In this document: piece by piece, positions 60,078-64,000 of the stretch
How positions within the stretch are numbered: the first letter of the stretch is position 1
Layout: each line of letters starts with the position of its first letter
NCBI GenBank assembly: GCA_048938895.1
Contig: JBHLLU010000003.1
Span: 1 to 64,000 of the forward strand
Length of the DNA: 64,000 nt
Source: Promethearchaeota archaeon
GTDB lineage: Archaea; Asgardarchaeota; Lokiarchaeia; Sigyniarchaeales; SOKP01
Direction of reading: 5' to 3'
Notes under the pieces: generated by a model
Databases searched by the model: none
Told to the model about the DNA's origin: nothing
Seen by the model: the letters and a program-made list of their open reading frames with translations, nothing else
Position numbers and translations under genes: made by a program

Positions 60078-61436
60078 ATGGAACTTACACCCGATAAAAT
60101 CTACAAAGACTACTTAAAAAACAATTTAGATAAACATTCAGCAGCAAGACTTTTATTATCCTTAATTGAAAATAGTGATAGTGATAAAATTAGAATTGAC
60201 TGTATTCGGGAAATTTCACGTATAGGAATCAAAGATGAGAACACTTTCAAAATTTTGGAGAATTTACTTATTTCTGACTCTAATGAAATAATTAGAAACA
60301 CAGCCGCTCTTACTTTAAGAAGTAATTACTTAGATAGAATATTTGAGCCAATGAAATGGGCACTTGTTCATGAGGAATCCCTAGATTGTTTAGAAACTAT
60401 TTACGAGACTCTAATTAGGATTATTCAAAAATATAAGGAAGACTCAAATCCGTTAGCTAAGTCAATATTACTTTCAGAGGTTGAAAAAATTCGACGGAAA
60501 GAATTTAAATTGGGATTTGAAATATTATGTGAAACAAAAAAGATTTATTCATTTACAAAAAAAGATCTTAGTGAAATCGTCATTAATTATTTCACTCTAC
60601 TTCTATTAGAGAAATCATATTGGCGAATAAAATATAAAATTGAAAAGTGTAAAATAACTGAATTAGATTTTATTTTTAAAGGTATAATAAGTCTTCCTGA
60701 AGCGATTAAGCACCTTAGCGATTTAAAGACTTTAATTCTAAGATATAATCAATTAATTCAACTTCCTGATTGGATTGATTCTCTTCAATCCCTTGAAGAA
60801 TTAAATGTCAACGTTAACAATCTAAATGAACTTCCTAATTCGATTGGAATGTTGAGCTCTCTCAAAGAATTATCTTTGTGGAAGAATGAGTTAACTTATC
60901 TCCCAAATTCAATTGGAAAATTGAGTTCATTAAAAACCTTAAATTTAAGGCTTAATCAAATAAAAAGATTACCAAAATCAATTGGGAACCTAGTTTCATT
61001 AAAATTGTTAGACTTACATGATAATCAATTGAATGAAATCCCCGAATCATTGGAGAACCTTAATTCCTTAGAAGAACTATTTCTAAGTTGGAATAATGTA
61101 AAAGAATTGCCAGAATCTATTGGATATATACCATTACTAAAGTTGCTTGACTTGGAAAGGAATGAATTAGTTGATATACCTGATAGTATTGGACATCTTA
61201 ATTCTTTAGAGATATTGAACTTGAGTGATAATAATTTAAAAAGAATTCCTGAAAGTATTGGTAATTTAGACAACCTAAGATATTTAAATCTATCAAGAAA
61301 TGAAATTGATGTACTCCCTAAATCACTTAAGTCATTGAACTCATTAAAAGAATTATATCTAGGAGAGAATCAAATAACAATCATCCCAGAACATCTAAAA
61401 AAACTTGAAGAAAGGGGATTAAAAATTTTTTTATAA
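60078..61436 (+). CDS. HEAT-like N-terminus plus leucine-rich repeat protein, paralogue 2
   Basis: LENLLISDSNEIIRN; regular 23-aa LRRs; N-terminus clearly homologous to the upstream gene. Confidence 0.9.
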   Translation: MELTPDKIYKDYLKNNLDKHSAARLLLSLIENSDSDKIRIDCIREISRIGIKDENTFKILENLLISDSNEIIRNTAALTLRSNYLDRIFEPMKWALVHEESLDCLETIYETLIRIIQKYKEDSNPLAKSILLSEVEKIRRKEFKLGFEILCETKKIYSFTKKDLSEIVINYFTLLLLEKSYWRIKYKIEKCKITELDFIFKGIISLPEAIKHLSDLKTLILRYNQLIQLPDWIDSLQSLEELNVNVNNLNELPNSIGMLSSLKELSLWKNELTYLPNSIGKLSSLKTLNLRLNQIKRLPKSIGNLVSLKLLDLHDNQLNEIPESLENLNSLEELFLSWNNVKELPESIGYIPLLKLLDLERNELVDIPDSIGHLNSLEILNLSDNNLKRIPESIGNLDNLRYLNLSRNEIDVLPKSLKSLNSLKELYLGENQITIIPEHLKKLEERGLKIFL

Positions 61437-61439
61437 TTT

Positions 61440-63203
61440 TTATTGAGTGTCATATAACTCTTTTATTTCTTGTACAGTTGTAATATCTTTTGGACCTTTT
61501 TCAGGACGTAATCTTTGAAATACAGGAAATCTCATGGAATACCCTAAGGTTATAAATTTTTCACTAATTGTTATTTCATCACCTGTTATCTCCATAACAA
61601 CTTCTGGGTTTAGCCAAATATCTGGTTTATCTTCACATATAACATTAGATGGTCTCCTTTCCATTCTGTATTCTTCTAATTCTTTTGTAAGTGTTTCTGA
61701 CAATTCATCATTGATCCCTGAAAAAAAACGTGTAAAAGCTATGTAATTATCGCTTTCAGGATCGTATACTGCGCCTATATACGTCCCCAATACACCCGTC
61801 CTACGTCCTTTCCCGTAAAAAGCTCCCACTAAAACCACATCAACATTATCCTTTAATTTTCCCCCCTCTAAGCTTTTCAATTTTAGCCATTTATAACCAC
61901 GATTTCCTGCTTGATATACTGAATCGTCTTTAATCGATTTAGCCATTATTCCTTCACATCCTTTTTCTCTAGCCTCATTAAAGAAATCAAGTAATTCTTC
62001 TGTAGTATTGATATACACTGATTCAACTAACCTTAACTCATCCCTCTCTTTTACAATTTCTTCAAGTTTGGATCTCCTTTCTTGGAAAGATCTGTCGATA
62101 TAAGATTTATCTTCCAACTTTAGTAGATCAAATACATAAAAACATACAGGAACTTCCTTTATAATATCTTTAACATCATATTTTCGTCGTCTTTGACTTA
62201 ATACTTGAAAAGGAAGCATTTTTTCATACACATGGTCCATGGCAACAACTTCCCCCTCAAATATTACATCTTTGGCTTTTATGTTTTCTTGTATAATTTT
62301 GCAAACATCAGGATATTGTTCCGAGATATCAAGTAATCGTCTGGAAAATAATATAATATTGTCATCCTTTTTATGGATTTGGAGTCTTTCACCATCTAAT
62401 TTATATTCTCCTATAAATGGTACACCTAATCTATTAATGAATTCGGTGTATATTTCTCTTGAAGCAAGCATACTAAGAATTGGAATACCATATTCTATTT
62501 CGATTTCTTTAACTTTTTCTAAACCCTTCTCTGCTAATATTTTTGAAATTTCGCCTAAATCAGGATGCAAATTATAGGCTTTTTCAATACTATCCTTGTT
62601 TTCTCTATTACCTGTGAAAGCTAGAGCTAAACCTTCAATTATTGTGGGAGACTGAACCCCAACCCTTAATGTAGATGTGATAATCCTTAATAAATATTTA
62701 GTTTCCAATGGGGAACTTCTTCTTATTAATCCTCTTAGTATTCCTAGTTTGACATCATGCGATCCAGTGCCTTCAGTCAAGGCAATTTTTTTTAATTCTG
62801 CATATAATTCAGAAATTTTTAGAGATAATTCTGAATTATCATCACTTTGATTATAATCAAATAAAGATTTCTGTTTCTTTTTTTTCAAAAGTATAAATTC
62901 TGCTGTCGCTCCAATATCCCCCTGTTTAACGAGCACTTCTTTTATTCTTTTACTTTCTAATCCAGAATGTAGAGCTAAAGCTTCAATGATCATCTTTTCA
63001 GCTATTCCCATCTTGGGAAATTGTTTTATATTAGGAACTAATTGGCCTTGTAAAAGGTAAATAATTTTATCCAAATCCTTAAAATCTCCAGTTTTTCTTA
63101 TATCTTCAAAAAAAGATGATAGGATGTCAATCATTTCAAGTCTTTTTGTAGTGTTCTCCAGTGCAGAAAACAAGTGTGCTAGCTTATTGAATTTCATTAT
63201 CAT
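61440..63203 (-). CDS. lig: ATP-dependent DNA ligase
   Basis: EYKLDGER, FEGE, FDLL, EGIMAK, WLKLK, RFPVF. Confidence 0.96.
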   Translation of the reverse strand: MIMKFNKLAHLFSALENTTKRLEMIDILSSFFEDIRKTGDFKDLDKIIYLLQGQLVPNIKQFPKMGIAEKMIIEALALHSGLESKRIKEVLVKQGDIGATAEFILLKKKKQKSLFDYNQSDDNSELSLKISELYAELKKIALTEGTGSHDVKLGILRGLIRRSSPLETKYLLRIITSTLRVGVQSPTIIEGLALAFTGNRENKDSIEKAYNLHPDLGEISKILAEKGLEKVKEIEIEYGIPILSMLASREIYTEFINRLGVPFIGEYKLDGERLQIHKKDDNIILFSRRLLDISEQYPDVCKIIQENIKAKDVIFEGEVVAMDHVYEKMLPFQVLSQRRRKYDVKDIIKEVPVCFYVFDLLKLEDKSYIDRSFQERRSKLEEIVKERDELRLVESVYINTTEELLDFFNEAREKGCEGIMAKSIKDDSVYQAGNRGYKWLKLKSLEGGKLKDNVDVVLVGAFYGKGRRTGVLGTYIGAVYDPESDNYIAFTRFFSGINDELSETLTKELEEYRMERRPSNVICEDKPDIWLNPEVVMEITGDEITISEKFITLGYSMRFPVFQRLRPEKGPKDITTVQEIKELYDTQ

Positions 63204-63299
63204 TCATGGGATTAGTTTGAAATATTTTTATGTAAAACCTATTACATAATAAAAAAGAATATAATAAAAATAATAATAATTATGAGTATCTGAATTTTT

Positions 63300-64000
63300 T
63301 TATATTAATTTTGAAAGCTCAATAAACTTCTTTTGGATTGCTGTTTTTATTTTAGGATCTATTCTACTAAAAGATTGGGCAGAAAAGTTTATTTTCTTTC
63401 CTTCTTTTAAGGAAAAACTGCATATAGGACCATCCATTTCTTCAACAGAATAACTCCCATCTTTCTTTTTAGATATCCAAATGTCATCAAAATGATCTAA
63501 TATAGCACTAAACACAAAAGCGATCTTAGCATTCGTAGTTAAACCTGCTTTTGAGACTAGAGCTGTTGGGATTGGTTCATTTGTTGCTTTTATTGAAGGT
63601 AATGGTTCAGCCACATCATATTCGGAAGCTGTACTAGTGGACTTGGTTGGTGTTGATGTAGGCTTTGATAGTACCGGTGAAGAAACAGGTTGGGGTTCTA
63701 CTGGTTTTGGTAATGGTTTAGTTTCAACTTTAGGTGTTTCTATAACCTTGGGTGCTTCTACCACTTTGGGTGCTTCTACCACTTTGGGTGTAGGACTAGG
63801 AGCAGTTACTTCCGTTTGAAAAGTAATTATAAAATTATCTAATTCCGTAAATTTTCTATCTAGTAAACTTTGTAACTCGTCATTCATTTGGGTATCTTCT
63901 TGAACTTTTCCTACTTTTCTCGCGTCTATTTCTTTTATTGATTTAATATCGCGACCAATAATGCTTTTTCCAACACTATATCCATGTCCCTTTAGAGATT
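63300..64000 (-). CDS. Partial hypothetical protein with Pro/Thr-rich linker (5' end outside the window)
   Basis: The frame stays open upstream of the track Met (SLKGHGYSVGKSIIGRDIKSIKEIDARKVGKVQEDTQ) to the window edge. Confidence 0.7.
   Translation of the reverse strand, partial: SLKGHGYSVGKSIIGRDIKSIKEIDARKVGKVQEDTQMNDELQSLLDRKFTELDNFIITFQTEVTAPSPTPKVVEAPKVVEAPKVIETPKVETKPLPKPVEPQPVSSPVLSKPTSTPTKSTSTASEYDVAEPLPSIKATNEPIPTALVSKAGLTTNAKIAFVFSAILDHFDDIWISKKKDGSYSVEEMDGPICSFSLKEGKKINFSAQSFSRIDPKIKTAIQKKFIELSKLI
63748..63790. repeat. 18-bp in-frame tandem repeat (PKVVEA units)
   Basis: TTGGGTGCTTCTACCACT twice plus a partial third copy; degenerate PKVIET/PKVET copies follow in the protein. 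Confidence 0.85.

Noticed and set aside
58541-61436. Periodic DNA repeats suggesting a CRISPR array or repeat element
   Set aside because: The periodicity is the 69-bp coding unit of LRRs; there are no identical repeats with unique spacers.

Overview
AT-rich archaeal chromosomal window that reads as an Asgard archaeon, most likely Lokiarchaeia/Promethearchaeota. This is inferred from the uDENN/longin-like, HEAT+LRR and SNAP/TPR+Ig proteins, the H4MPT/F420 enzymes and the selenoprotein system. It holds about 55 CDS and one tRNA-His(GUG). I found no CRISPR array, rRNA or intact mobile element. The strongest hidden signal is a bicistronic selenoprotein operon that the ORF track breaks up or misses: hdrA (49888-51870) has three in-frame TGA codons at Cys-ligand positions, mvhD/vhuD (51885-52346, absent from the track) has two more, and a single eukaryote-like SECIS hairpin (AUGA...AAA...GA) lies in the 3' UTR. 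Other notable items are an FrhB+PyrK-like fusion closing a 2-oxoacid:ferredoxin oxidoreductase operon, a corrinoid protein / homocysteine methyltransferase / non-Pyl MttB operon, two genes that seem to need ATT start codons, an ABC permease fused to a CPBP (CAAX) protease, an uncharacterised Fe-S two-gene module, a tRNA-His with an A54/A60 T-loop, and several candidate eukaryotic-signature proteins. All calls come from motif recognition by eye; no searches were run.
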